64,000 bases of DNA, from NCBI GenBank assembly GCA_944372445.1, contig CALVZE010000003.1:1816-65815 (forward strand). Direction: 5' to 3'. Position numbers and translations under genes: made by a program. A model generated the notes under the pieces. That model was not told the origin of the DNA and searched no databases. It saw nothing but the letters and a program-made list of their open reading frames with translations. This DNA is from an uncultured Clostridia bacterium (lineage in GTDB: Bacteria > Bacillota > Clostridia > Christensenellales > UBA1242). Shown here one piece after another: positions 16,332-25,009 of this stretch. Numbering within the stretch: position 1 is the first letter of the stretch; every line of letters starts with the position of its first letter.

Positions 16332-16526
16332 ATGGAGGTTGAGATAATTTTCAAAATTGCGGCGATAGGCATACTCACTGCTGTTGTCAGTCAAATACTT
16401 AAAAATAGCGGAAAAGAGGACATTTCCACTCTTGCCACGCTTGCGGGAGTAGTCATTGTGCTTATTATGGTTATTAACCTTATTGCCGACTTATTTGACA
16501 CGATTAGAACAATTTTTAATTTCTGA
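16332..16526 (+). CDS. spoIIIAC: Stage III sporulation protein AC
   Basis: 64-aa two-TM protein (IFKIAAIGILTAVVSQILK). Position in the operon fits. Confidence 0.85.
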   Translation: MEVEIIFKIAAIGILTAVVSQILKNSGKEDISTLATLAGVVIVLIMVINLIADLFDTIRTIFNF

Positions 16527-16539
16527 AAGGAGGGCGAAT

Positions 16540-16932
16540 ATGGATTCTCTTTATAAGATTATCGGCATTGCGCTTATAACAGTCGTTGCCACGCTTATCC
16601 TAAAGCCTGTTCGCCCTGATTTTGCTGTGTTTATTTCTGTTGTTGGCGGAGTGATAATTCTCTTTATGCTGGCAGGGTATTTGACAGATATCTTTGAGGT
16701 ATTTAATCAAATTTTTAATTACACCAATGTCAATTCTTCTCTCTATAAAATCATATTTAAAATCATCGGAGTGGGCTATCTTGTGGAGTTCACCGCAAGT
16801 CTATGCTCAGATACAGGCAATAACAGCCTTGGCGACAAGGTGTTACTTGGTGGGAAGATAATAATACTTGTTATGGCTCTTCCGATTGTCACAAGCATAC
16901 TTGAAATTGTTATGGAGTTACTGCCGTCATGA
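16540..16932 (+). CDS. spoIIIAD: Stage III sporulation protein AD
   Basis: ATG at 16540 follows AAAGGAGGG. Polytopic small membrane protein (YKIIGIALITVV...). The track ORF starts earlier, at 16456, overlapping spoIIIAC. Confidence 0.85.
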   Translation: MDSLYKIIGIALITVVATLILKPVRPDFAVFISVVGGVIILFMLAGYLTDIFEVFNQIFNYTNVNSSLYKIIFKIIGVGYLVEFTASLCSDTGNNSLGDKVLLGGKIIILVMALPIVTSILEIVMELLPS

Positions 16933-18164
16933 AGAAGAGAGATAAAAAGTTGCGAAAAAAGCGTGGTGTTTTCATAATTGTTTTTATCGTCTTCATATCT
17001 TCCTTTTTTGGCAGTTACACAATTGACGGATATATTATAAACACCCCTTATGTTTTGGCGGAAAGCGATAAAGAGAGCGTAGAAGAAGAACTTGAAATTG
17101 AGACTGAAAAGCAACTTGAAGACCTTGATTTTTCCGATTTAGAAACATATATAGACAGCCTCGAAAGTTCTGTCAAAGATATGTTTTCAGGTGGCTTTGT
17201 CAGCAAGGTGGAAAGTTTAATTAATGGTGAATATATCACGGGCGACAGTTTCCTTAGCTCTGTTTTCTCTCTTCTCTGGGATGGACTACTTGATTTTCTA
17301 CCGATAATTGCAAGCATTATTGCCGTTTCCATACTAGGCGGAATGGTGGGTAATTTAAAACCAAACACCGGCGGAAAGTCAATTGGCAATATCATTCACT
17401 TTGTGACCTATGGTATCGTCATTGTCTTTTTAGGCACGACGCTTGTAGAACTTATCGCCTTGACAAGCAAGACCTTAACAAGTCTAAAAAGTCTTATGGA
17501 CATGATTTTTCCTGTGCTTTTAACACTGCTTACTGCGGTTGGCGGAAGCGTGTCGGTAGGTCTATATCAGCCTGCCATAGCGCTACTTGGTAACATATTT
17601 ATTTCGCTTATCACTTATTTTCTTATGCCATTATTTATCTTTTCAATAGTGTTCTCCATTGTTGGAAATCTCTCAAATAATGTGAAGCTAGATAAGTTTG
17701 TAGCTTTTCTTCAAGGCACTTTCAAGTGGTCGATTGGCTTACTTTTTACGCTGTTTTTAGGGTTTATAACCATTCAAGGCATATCAGCAAGTGCTGTCGA
17801 TGGACTTTCAATTAGAACGGCAAAATACACCATTAAAAGCTATGTTCCGATTGTAGGCGGATATGTTAGCGACGGACTTTCTATCATCATGGCGTCAAGT
17901 ATGCTGATTAAAAACGCTGTGGGAACGGCTGGGCTTCTTTTAATACTATTTAGCGTGATTTCGCCTGTTATAAGTTTGATACTTTTCATGCTTTCACTTA
18001 GGTTTATGGCAGGCATAATTGAGCCTGTTGGCGACAGAAAAACAGCGAATTTTGTTTCAGATATATCAAAGAGTATGAGCATGCTTATAGCGTTAATTGT
18101 GGCAGTTTCTTTTATGTATATGGTGATGACAGGGCTGATAATGTGCAGTTGCAATTTGATTTGA
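16929..18164 (+). CDS. spoIIIAE: Stage III sporulation protein AE
   Basis: 411-aa polytopic membrane protein with an N-terminal signal/TM segment. Its start overlaps the spoIIIAD stop. Confidence 0.9.
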   Translation: MKKRDKKLRKKRGVFIIVFIVFISSFFGSYTIDGYIINTPYVLAESDKESVEEELEIETEKQLEDLDFSDLETYIDSLESSVKDMFSGGFVSKVESLINGEYITGDSFLSSVFSLLWDGLLDFLPIIASIIAVSILGGMVGNLKPNTGGKSIGNIIHFVTYGIVIVFLGTTLVELIALTSKTLTSLKSLMDMIFPVLLTLLTAVGGSVSVGLYQPAIALLGNIFISLITYFLMPLFIFSIVFSIVGNLSNNVKLDKFVAFLQGTFKWSIGLLFTLFLGFITIQGISASAVDGLSIRTAKYTIKSYVPIVGGYVSDGLSIIMASSMLIKNAVGTAGLLLILFSVISPVISLILFMLSLRFMAGIIEPVGDRKTANFVSDISKSMSMLIALIVAVSFMYMVMTGLIMCSCNLI

Positions 18165-18214
18165 AAGACTAAGAAGAACCTCGCGGAAATAAGAAATAAA
18201 AAAGAAAAAATAAA

Positions 18215-18270
18215 AGTTGTGGATGTGAAGGAAAACCTTGCGGTTTAGTGAAGAGTTGTGGAAGATTTTA
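18215..18270 (+). repeat. GTGAAG-module repeat
   Basis: GTTGTGGATGTGAAGG-AAAACC-TTGC-GGTTT-AGTGAAGAGTTGTGGAAGATTTTA. Confidence 0.7.
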
Positions 18271-18290
18271 TACTGGATTATTATTTTTCT

Positions 18291-18495
18291 AACCAAAACC
18301 ACTTTTCTCACAACGCTATACTTACGCACTCTTAAAACAATTTTTGATTTTGCGAGGGGAAGGACTTTGTCCGGCGAGCATAAATCAAAAATCACAAACA
18401 GGGAAGAGGATTGGGATGGGAAACCAACGGAGTAGCGGTTAGGAAAATTTTAATTTTCCGTGTCCGCGTTAAGCGGAGTTGGTGTCCGCACCAAC
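18291..18495 (+). repeat. Three-hairpin structured intergenic repeat, copy C (inside the spoIIIA operon)
   Basis: 5' segment is CCAAAACCACTTTTCTCACAACGCTATACTT. HP1 is TTTTTGATTTTGC...GCATAAATCAAAAA with cap GGAC-TTT-GTCC (18341-18391). HP2 is GGAAAAT-TTTA-ATTTTCC (18442-18459). HP3 is GTTGGTG-TCCG-CACCAAC (18478-18495). Confidence 0.8.
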
Positions 18496-18508
18496 AAAAA
18501 GGAGTTTT

Positions 18509-19012
18509 ATGAGCGGAATATCTGCGTGGCTATTATCTATCACAGGCGTAATTCTTTTATCTGTGCTATGCGAATTTGTTTTGCCAGAAGGACAGATAAA
18601 TAGATATACGCGCGTAATTTTTTCCTTTGTGACTATTTTTGTTATCATCTCTCCGCTTCCATCACTTTTAAACAAAGAAATAGATTTTTCCTTTCCAAAT
18701 TATGATTATACTCTTCAAGAGGACTACCTATATGAGATAAACTTAAATAAGTTAGACGCCATTCAATCCGATTTAAAAAAAGAGATTGAAGAAGCGGGTA
18801 TTTATAATGTTAAAATTTCAATAAGTGCCAATGCTTATAGCGAAAATTTAGAGATTTACTCTATATATGTCGAACTTTGCGATATTTCATTTTCTAGCGA
18901 TTTTGAAAATAAAAATAAAAGTGAAGCAAGGCGCAAGATAGAAGAGATAATTTCCTATATGCCAGCACTCAAAGATGTTCCAATTTCTTATGATGACACA
19001 AAGATTTTGTGA
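18509..19012 (+). CDS. spoIIIAF: Stage III sporulation protein AF
   Basis: ATG at 18509 follows AAAGGAG. Two N-terminal TM segments. Operon position fits. Confidence 0.75.
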   Translation: MSGISAWLLSITGVILLSVLCEFVLPEGQINRYTRVIFSFVTIFVIISPLPSLLNKEIDFSFPNYDYTLQEDYLYEINLNKLDAIQSDLKKEIEEAGIYNVKISISANAYSENLEIYSIYVELCDISFSSDFENKNKSEARRKIEEIISYMPALKDVPISYDDTKIL

Positions 19013-19060
19013 AAAATGTGAATATAGGCAAACATCAGGGCTTAATAAAAAGGAGTAGAT

Positions 19061-19576
19061 ATGGACAAACTTAAAGATTTTGTTAAAAAGATAAAAAGTG
19101 TTAGGCACATAGAAATCTATCTTGCAGTCATAATTGGACTTATAGTGATTATGTGCTACTTTCTTTTCGTTTCAAAGCCAGAGAACAAAAAAGAAGAAAA
19201 TTCGACAGAAAATTATTCTAATGCACAGGAATATGCGGACTATTTAGAGAATAAATTATGTAATGTATTGTCCAACATTACAGGCGTTGGCGATGTCAGT
19301 GCAATTATAACTCTTGACGGTGGATTTACTTACGAATATGCAGTTGATAGTGAAACCAACACGACAAACTCTGGCTCGTCAGAAACATCTGTCACTGTGG
19401 ACACGACAATATTAGTAAACGGAGAACCTATTGTTGTCAAAGTTATTTATCCAGAAATAAAGGGGGTGGTGATTGTTGCCGATGGAAGCGAAAATTTTGC
19501 AATTAAGATGAACATTATGGAAGCGGTTCAAACACTTCTTAATGTGGAAACGAATAGCATTACAATATTATCGTAA
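19061..19576 (+). CDS. spoIIIAG: Stage III sporulation protein AG
   Basis: N-terminal TM segment, then a C-terminal domain ending IKGVVIVADG...MNIMEAVQTLLNV, typical of SpoIIIAG. Confidence 0.75.
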   Translation: MDKLKDFVKKIKSVRHIEIYLAVIIGLIVIMCYFLFVSKPENKKEENSTENYSNAQEYADYLENKLCNVLSNITGVGDVSAIITLDGGFTYEYAVDSETNTTNSGSSETSVTVDTTILVNGEPIVVKVIYPEIKGVVIVADGSENFAIKMNIMEAVQTLLNVETNSITILS

Positions 19577-19598
19577 AAAGTTTTAAAAGGAGAATACA

Positions 19599-20063
19599 AT
19601 GAAAAAAAGAACAAAGATAATTATTCTTTCACTAATGATAGTCCTACTAGGGGTGACAGGGTATTTAAACATTGTTTTAAACAATAATGTAAGTCCAACC
19701 ACGACCACAACCACAACTTCCTATTTTGTTTCTTATAGGAATGACAGAGAAACCTCGCGTGACCAACAGATGTTATACTATGACGCTATTATCGACAGCG
19801 AAACATCAAGCGAGGAAGCTAAGAAGAATGCTGAAAATGCCAAACTTGATTTAATTGCTTCCATGGAAAAGGAGCTTGACACTGAGAGTTTAGTTAAGGC
19901 TTGTGGCTTTTCTGATTGCGTCATCTCTATAACTGACCCTAATGTCAATGTGGTTGTGGAATGTGCTTCTATTAGCGAAGACGAAAGTATACTAATTACC
20001 GACACTGTTTCTGAGGCATTAGGTATAGAACCTAGATATATTGTAATAATTCCTGTTGAATAG
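19599..20063 (+). CDS. spoIIIAH: Stage III sporulation protein AH
   Basis: N-terminal TM segment. It is the last gene of the cluster and its size fits SpoIIIAH. Confidence 0.7.
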   Translation: MKKRTKIIILSLMIVLLGVTGYLNIVLNNNVSPTTTTTTTSYFVSYRNDRETSRDQQMLYYDAIIDSETSSEEAKKNAENAKLDLIASMEKELDTESLVKACGFSDCVISITDPNVNVVVECASISEDESILITDTVSEALGIEPRYIVIIPVE

Positions 20064-20115
20064 TTTGCTTTTTATAAAAATATGTGCTAAAATGATGCTG
20101 TAAAAGGGAGTTTTT

Positions 20116-20487
20116 ATGGCAGTAAAGTCTGAGGATAATAAAAATAAAGGGAAGATAACCTTAGATAGAAACATACTTGTGTCTATCATCAACCTTGCAA
20201 CCAAGGAGATAAACGGCGTTGAAAGCGTAGGCAGTAAACATCGTCCGCTTTATAAAAGAATGTTTAATCGTTGCGATGACGGAGTGGAAGTGAAGTTTGA
20301 AAAGAATGGCGCTTTAACTATTGATGTGTATATAAACATTTACATCGGTTTCAATGTGCCAGACATTGCCTTTCGCGTGCAAGAGAACATTCGTAACTCG
20401 CTTGCGACCATGGTGGCATTAAAGCCGATGAAGATAAATGTTCACATTATGGATGTGGAATGTGATAGAGAGGCTTCCGATGCGTAG
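20116..20487 (+). CDS. Asp23/Gls24 family envelope stress protein
   Basis: Asp23 (DUF322)-like sequence LVSIINLATKEINGV. Sits at the conserved position upstream of nusB. Confidence 0.85.
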   Translation: MAVKSEDNKNKGKITLDRNILVSIINLATKEINGVESVGSKHRPLYKRMFNRCDDGVEVKFEKNGALTIDVYINIYIGFNVPDIAFRVQENIRNSLATMVALKPMKINVHIMDVECDREASDA

Positions 20488-20860
20488 AGAGGCAAGAGAG
20501 AGCGCGTTCAAACTCATCTTTGAAACCCTGTTTAAGGACGCGGAAGAGGAAACGCTTAACGAAGTCATAAGTCCGTTAAAAAAGGAAGCGGATGTAAAGT
20601 TTTGCGAAGATATATTTAAGTTGTATGAGGAGCATAGAGAAGAACTAGAAAAAGAGGTGTCAACTCATCTTCAAAATTACGATGTTTCACGCGTTTATCG
20701 CATCGACCTTGCACTCATTTATCTTGCGCTTACTGAAATAAAATATCTTTCCACTCCGAAGGCAGTGGCTATCAATGAGGCAATTGAAATTTCAAAAAAA
20801 TATTCGACCATCGACAGCAAAAGATTTATAAATGGAATACTCTCAGCGATATTAGGTTAG
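20480..20860 (+). CDS. nusB: Transcription antitermination factor NusB
   Basis: MRREARESAFKLIFE N-terminus and ...AINEAIEISKKY...FINGIL. The ATG at 20480 overlaps the asp23 stop. Confidence 0.9.
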   Translation: MRREARESAFKLIFETLFKDAEEETLNEVISPLKKEADVKFCEDIFKLYEEHREELEKEVSTHLQNYDVSRVYRIDLALIYLALTEIKYLSTPKAVAINEAIEISKKYSTIDSKRFINGILSAILG

Positions 20861-20861
20861 T

Positions 20862-22052
20862 ATGAATGCATTAAGTGTTACAAAGTTTAATAGTATTGTT
20901 AGAGATATCTTTAACAGCGAGGAACTTCTCCACAACATAAGCATTGTTGGAGAAGTTTTTGGCGTGTCAAGAGCAAAAACTGCCATTTATTTTTCGCTTA
21001 AAGATGAAGAAAGCTCCTTGCCATGTCTGACTTTCAATTTATCACTTTTTGATAACATAAAAGAGGGCGACATGGTGACTATTCAAGGCTCGCCAAACTA
21101 CTATGTCAAAAGTGGCAGATTTAACTTTGTTACATACAGTATTGTGCCGTCAGGGTTAGGCTTGCTCTATCAGAAATTTGTCGAACTTAAAAACAAGCTT
21201 GAACAAGAGGGATTGTTCTCTCAAGAACATAAGAAAGTTATGCCAAAAAGCATTAAGCGTATTGGCGTTGTGACAAGTAAGGACGGTGCGGTTGTTCAAG
21301 ATATAAAAAATGTCGCATGGCGTCGTAATCCGTCTGTTGATATCGTGCTTTATCCATGTAAGGTTCAAGGCAATGGTGCTGAGAAAGAGATTGCGGAAGG
21401 AATTGACTTCTTTTCAAACTATGACAAGGTGGACGCTGTGATTGTGGCGCGCGGTGGCGGTTCTATGGAAGATTTATCAGCGTATAACACGGAGATTGTC
21501 GCAAGAGCAACATATAATTGCAATAAATTTTTGGTTTCCGCGGTTGGACATGAGGTAGATTTTACTATTATTGATTTTGTAAGTGATTTGCGTGCGCCAA
21601 CGCCGAGTGCGGCCGCAGAGCTATTGACGGAAGATAGGCAAAAAGAAAAAATAAATTTCAAGCATATTTTAAATAAACTTACAAGAGATTTAGAAAATTA
21701 TATCGGTGACAAATTAGAGGAATATAACGATTTAACAGCTTACCTTATGACGCGCTGTGAAGATTATGTTGAAGATAAAAAAGAGCCGTTAAAATTTAAT
21801 GCAAGTAAGTTATCTTATATTATTGAAAAACTATGTATGCAAGAGGAGCATAACTTAAAATTAAAACAAAGCATGCTAGACGGCTTAAATCCTAAGCGCA
21901 TACTAGAAAGAGGTTATGCCAAAGTGGAACAAGGCGGAGAGGCAATTAATGACGCAAAAAGCGTGCTTGAAAACATGCCACTTGAAGTCAACTTCTATGA
22001 CGGGCAGGTAACGACTAGCGTTACAAAGAAAACGATATTTGAACGAAAGTGA
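20862..22052 (+). CDS. xseA: Exodeoxyribonuclease VII large subunit
   Basis: N-terminal OB fold plus RIGVVTS...VARGGGSMEDL...VGHEVDFTI...DLRAPTPSAAAE. Confidence 0.9.
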   Translation: MNALSVTKFNSIVRDIFNSEELLHNISIVGEVFGVSRAKTAIYFSLKDEESSLPCLTFNLSLFDNIKEGDMVTIQGSPNYYVKSGRFNFVTYSIVPSGLGLLYQKFVELKNKLEQEGLFSQEHKKVMPKSIKRIGVVTSKDGAVVQDIKNVAWRRNPSVDIVLYPCKVQGNGAEKEIAEGIDFFSNYDKVDAVIVARGGGSMEDLSAYNTEIVARATYNCNKFLVSAVGHEVDFTIIDFVSDLRAPTPSAAAELLTEDRQKEKINFKHILNKLTRDLENYIGDKLEEYNDLTAYLMTRCEDYVEDKKEPLKFNASKLSYIIEKLCMQEEHNLKLKQSMLDGLNPKRILERGYAKVEQGGEAINDAKSVLENMPLEVNFYDGQVTTSVTKKTIFERK

Positions 22053-22069
22053 GATTTAAGGAGATAAAT

Positions 22070-22288
22070 ATGGAAAAAGAACTTATATATGAAGATGCAA
22101 TAAAGGAATTAGAAGAGATAACAAATAAATTAGATAGTGAAAGTTTGCCACTAGCAAAAAGCGAGGAGCTTTTTAACCGCGCGCTATTTTTGGCTAAATT
22201 TTGCCAAGAAGAACTTTCAAAATCTTCTAAAAAACTCTTTGAAATCAAAAAGGAATTTGATAAAATTCAAGAGGAGGAAAGCGAATGA
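22070..22288 (+). CDS. xseB: Exodeoxyribonuclease VII small subunit
   Basis: ATG at 22070 follows AAGGAG. YEDAIKELEEI..L......L matches the XseB pattern. Confidence 0.85.
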   Translation: MEKELIYEDAIKELEEITNKLDSESLPLAKSEELFNRALFLAKFCQEELSKSSKKLFEIKKEFDKIQEEESE

Positions 22289-24012
22289 AATTAAGTAAAC
22301 TTGTTGGAGAACGCTATAAAGAAGTTCCAAATGGAGCACAACTTAAAAGTCATATTTTGCTTCTTCGTGCAGGCTACATAAAGCAGGTTAGCACGGGTAT
22401 TTTTTCCATGCTTCCACCAGCACAGAGAGTGAGTGCTAAAATTCAAAATATCATCCGTGAAGAGATGAACAGAGTTGGCGGTCAAGAGGTCCTCTTTCCT
22501 GTCGTAATGCCGAGAGAACTTTGGGAGATGTCAGGACGCTATCAAACCATCCAAGAGGAGCTTTTGCGCTTTAAAGATAGGACAGGTCATGATATGCTTT
22601 TAGGTATGACTCATGAAGAGGCGGCGGTGCATATGGTTATGAACACCGTGAAAAGTCATGATGAGCTTCCTTGTATGATTTACCAAATTCAAACTAAATA
22701 TCGCGATGAAGCGCGACCACGCGGAGGACTAATTCGCGTTAAAGAGTTTTTGATGAAGGACGCATACTCTTTCCATACCTCTCAGGAAGATTTGGATGTT
22801 TATTATAAGAAAGTTTATGATGCCTACAATAGGATTTACAAGCGTATAGGGCTAAAAAACTTTATCTCTGTGAAATCTGACAGTGGTATCATGGGCGGTA
22901 AGGTGGCGGACGAATTTATGCTTGTCACCGACAGCGGTGAAGATAGACTTGTGCTTTGCGATAAGTGTGGCTATAAGGCAAACATGGAGGTCGCAAGTGG
23001 CGTCAAAACTCCAAACTTAGAAGGCGAGATGAAAGACCTTGAAGAGGTGTTCACAGGCAACGCTAAGACGATTGAAGAACTTTGCCATTATCTTAATATT
23101 AAAGAAGAAGAAACGGTTAAAGCCGTGTGCTATGTGACAAGCGAGGAAAAACTTGTTATCGCCTTTCTTCGTGGCGATTATGAAATTAACGAAAAGAAAC
23201 TTGCAAAACTTTGTAAGAGTGAAATTAAAGTTGCTGACACCGACAAATTCGGCTTGGTTGCAGGCAATATCGGCTGTGTGAACTTGACCGTGCCAGAAGA
23301 CGCTCTTATTTTCTATGACATCTCTCTTGAAAACTTAAACAACTTCGTGACGGGTGCAAACAAAGAAGATTATCACTTAAAGAATGTGTGTGCTTCGCGT
23401 GATTTAAAAGATGTTGTATTTGACGATATTGCACTTGTGAAAGAGGGCGATTGTTGCCCTGTATGCGGGGAAAAATTGAGGCTTACTCGTGGAATTGAGA
23501 TAGGCAACATCTTCCAACTCGGCACAAAATATACGAAATCTATGGGTATGAAGGTAAGTATGCCTGACGGAAGCAGTATGGAACCTATTATGGGTTGCTA
23601 TGGCATAGGCATAGGAAGAGCGCTTGCCAGCATTATCGAAGAAAAGGGCGATGACAAGGGCATTGTTTGGCCTATGACAGTCGCTCCATGGCAGGTCCAT
23701 TTCTGTCCGCTTCGACTTGATGATGAAAATATTTCGGCGGTGGCTGATGAACTTTATAAGAAAATGCAAGAGGCAGGCATTGAAGTATTATATGATGACC
23801 GCATTGTTTCGGCGGGCGTCAAACTCACCGACAGTGAACTTATGGGTATGCCTATTCGTGTGGTTATAAGCCCTAAAACCATGGCAAACGGCACAGCGGA
23901 AGTTACTATGCGTGAAACGGGCGAAACAAACTTCATTTCACTTCAAAATCTTCTAAGCGAACTTAAAGCGATAATCGAAGATGAGGTCGGCGAGATAGAA
24001 AAAAATCTTTGA
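22285..24012 (+). CDS. proS: Prolyl-tRNA synthetase (bacterial type with editing insertion)
   Basis: Class II aaRS motifs and a ProRS N-terminus (LLLRAGYIKQVSTGIFSMLP). 575 aa. Confidence 0.95.
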   Translation: MKLSKLVGERYKEVPNGAQLKSHILLLRAGYIKQVSTGIFSMLPPAQRVSAKIQNIIREEMNRVGGQEVLFPVVMPRELWEMSGRYQTIQEELLRFKDRTGHDMLLGMTHEEAAVHMVMNTVKSHDELPCMIYQIQTKYRDEARPRGGLIRVKEFLMKDAYSFHTSQEDLDVYYKKVYDAYNRIYKRIGLKNFISVKSDSGIMGGKVADEFMLVTDSGEDRLVLCDKCGYKANMEVASGVKTPNLEGEMKDLEEVFTGNAKTIEELCHYLNIKEEETVKAVCYVTSEEKLVIAFLRGDYEINEKKLAKLCKSEIKVADTDKFGLVAGNIGCVNLTVPEDALIFYDISLENLNNFVTGANKEDYHLKNVCASRDLKDVVFDDIALVKEGDCCPVCGEKLRLTRGIEIGNIFQLGTKYTKSMGMKVSMPDGSSMEPIMGCYGIGIGRALASIIEEKGDDKGIVWPMTVAPWQVHFCPLRLDDENISAVADELYKKMQEAGIEVLYDDRIVSAGVKLTDSELMGMPIRVVISPKTMANGTAEVTMRETGETNFISLQNLLSELKAIIEDEVGEIEKNL

Positions 24013-24026
24013 AAATAAAGTTTTTA

Positions 24027-24252
24027 GCGAAGAGCGAAGGCAAGTCGTTGGCTCGCAGTGAAAAACTGAGAAAAGATTATATAAGCTGGTGTTGTTTTGA
24101 GCAAAAGAGCGTAGCGATTGCTGTTGAAACATCTCAAAAATTAAGCTGTCCTCTCTTAGATCCTTCGACTACGCTCAGGATGACAATACAGGCTTATACT
24201 TGTCATGTTGAGCAAGGACACGCTGTGTCCGCTGTCGAAACATCTCAGAAAA
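24027..24252 (+). repeat. Mosaic of short intergenic repeat modules
   Basis: A GTGAAG-like module lies at 24027-24080. Two copies of TTGAGCAA-N13-17-GCTGTYGAAACATCTCARAAA lie at 24095-24139 and 24207-24252. Hairpin ATGACAA...TTGTCAT lies at 24179-24206. Confidence 0.65.
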
Positions 24253-24306
24253 TAACTTTGCTAATTTATTTATTCTAAACATGACGTTTTTTGAATAAAA
24301 TATAAC

Positions 24307-24846
24307 ATGAAAAAAGGGTCAGTTAGGTGGGCGTTTAAAGTCTTTGTGCTGTCACTGTCGCTTTCAATAGTTTTTAGTTTAATGTCGCAAAGTTTGTTGC
24401 CGACATTATCTTCTTTTTTCTCTATCTTTGTGATTATCTTTTTCATCTTTGTGGCAGTGGTATTTGATATGATTGCGGTTGCCTTCACAACGATAAGTGA
24501 AGATAAACTCTTGCCATATAAAGACAAAAAGGGTTACAATATGGCACTCTCACTGTGTAAAAATGCCGACAAAGTTGCCTCTTTTGGTGGTGATGTTGTG
24601 GGGGACATTTGCGGAATTTTGAGTGGGGCAGGCGGTGTGAGTTTGGTTCTTAATATGCACCTTGAAGGCGATGAACTTAATCTTCTTGTGACATGTTTGG
24701 TGAGCAGTATCATTGCAGGCGTCACTATTTTTTGCAAGGCGATTATGAAGAGTTATTCTATTGAAAACTGCGATAAAATTGCCATAAAAACAGGCTCATA
24801 TTTAGAGTTTGGAAGAAAAAAGCAAAAAGAGAAAACTAAAAAGTGA
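24307..24846 (+). CDS. Hypothetical polytopic membrane protein (179 aa)
   Basis: Several hydrophobic segments and a Lys-rich C-terminus. No SD sequence. I cannot confirm a weak DUF21-like impression. Confidence 0.55.
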   Translation: MKKGSVRWAFKVFVLSLSLSIVFSLMSQSLLPTLSSFFSIFVIIFFIFVAVVFDMIAVAFTTISEDKLLPYKDKKGYNMALSLCKNADKVASFGGDVVGDICGILSGAGGVSLVLNMHLEGDELNLLVTCLVSSIIAGVTIFCKAIMKSYSIENCDKIAIKTGSYLEFGRKKQKEKTKK

Positions 24847-24940
24847 AGAGTTTAGAGAAGGTAGTTATTGAACAAGTAAAACCAAGTCTGAGACGTTTCG
24901 ACATGTTCGCTTATGCTCACGGCTCGACATGACAAAATAA
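24843..24940 (+). repeat. Mosaic repeat modules downstream of the membrane-protein gene
   Basis: GTGAAGAGTTTAGAGAAGG (24843-24861). TCTGAGACGTTTCGAC (24887-24902) is the reverse complement of GTCGAAACATCTCAGA (24234-24249), 15/16 identical. TTCGCTTATGCTCAC..CGACATGACAAAATAAA resembles 24163-24190 and 5776-5830. Confidence 0.65.
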
Positions 24941-24973
24941 ATTTTTCGCAAGAAATCCGCACTCAAAAATTGC

Positions 24974-25002
24974 TTTACAAAGTTTTTTGAAAGTGTTATA
25001 AT
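24974..25002 (+). promoter_or_regulatory. Sigma-A type promoter abutting the start codon at 25010
   Basis: TTTACA, 17-nt spacer, TGtTATAAT (extended -10). Only 7 nt separate the -10 from the ATG, and there is no SD. Confidence 0.55.
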
Positions 25003-25009
25003 CTCATGT

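Noticed and set aside
24009-24278. 89-aa ORF directly after proS.
   Set aside because: It is made entirely of the mosaic repeat modules, starts inside the proS stop region without an RBS, and has low-complexity content.
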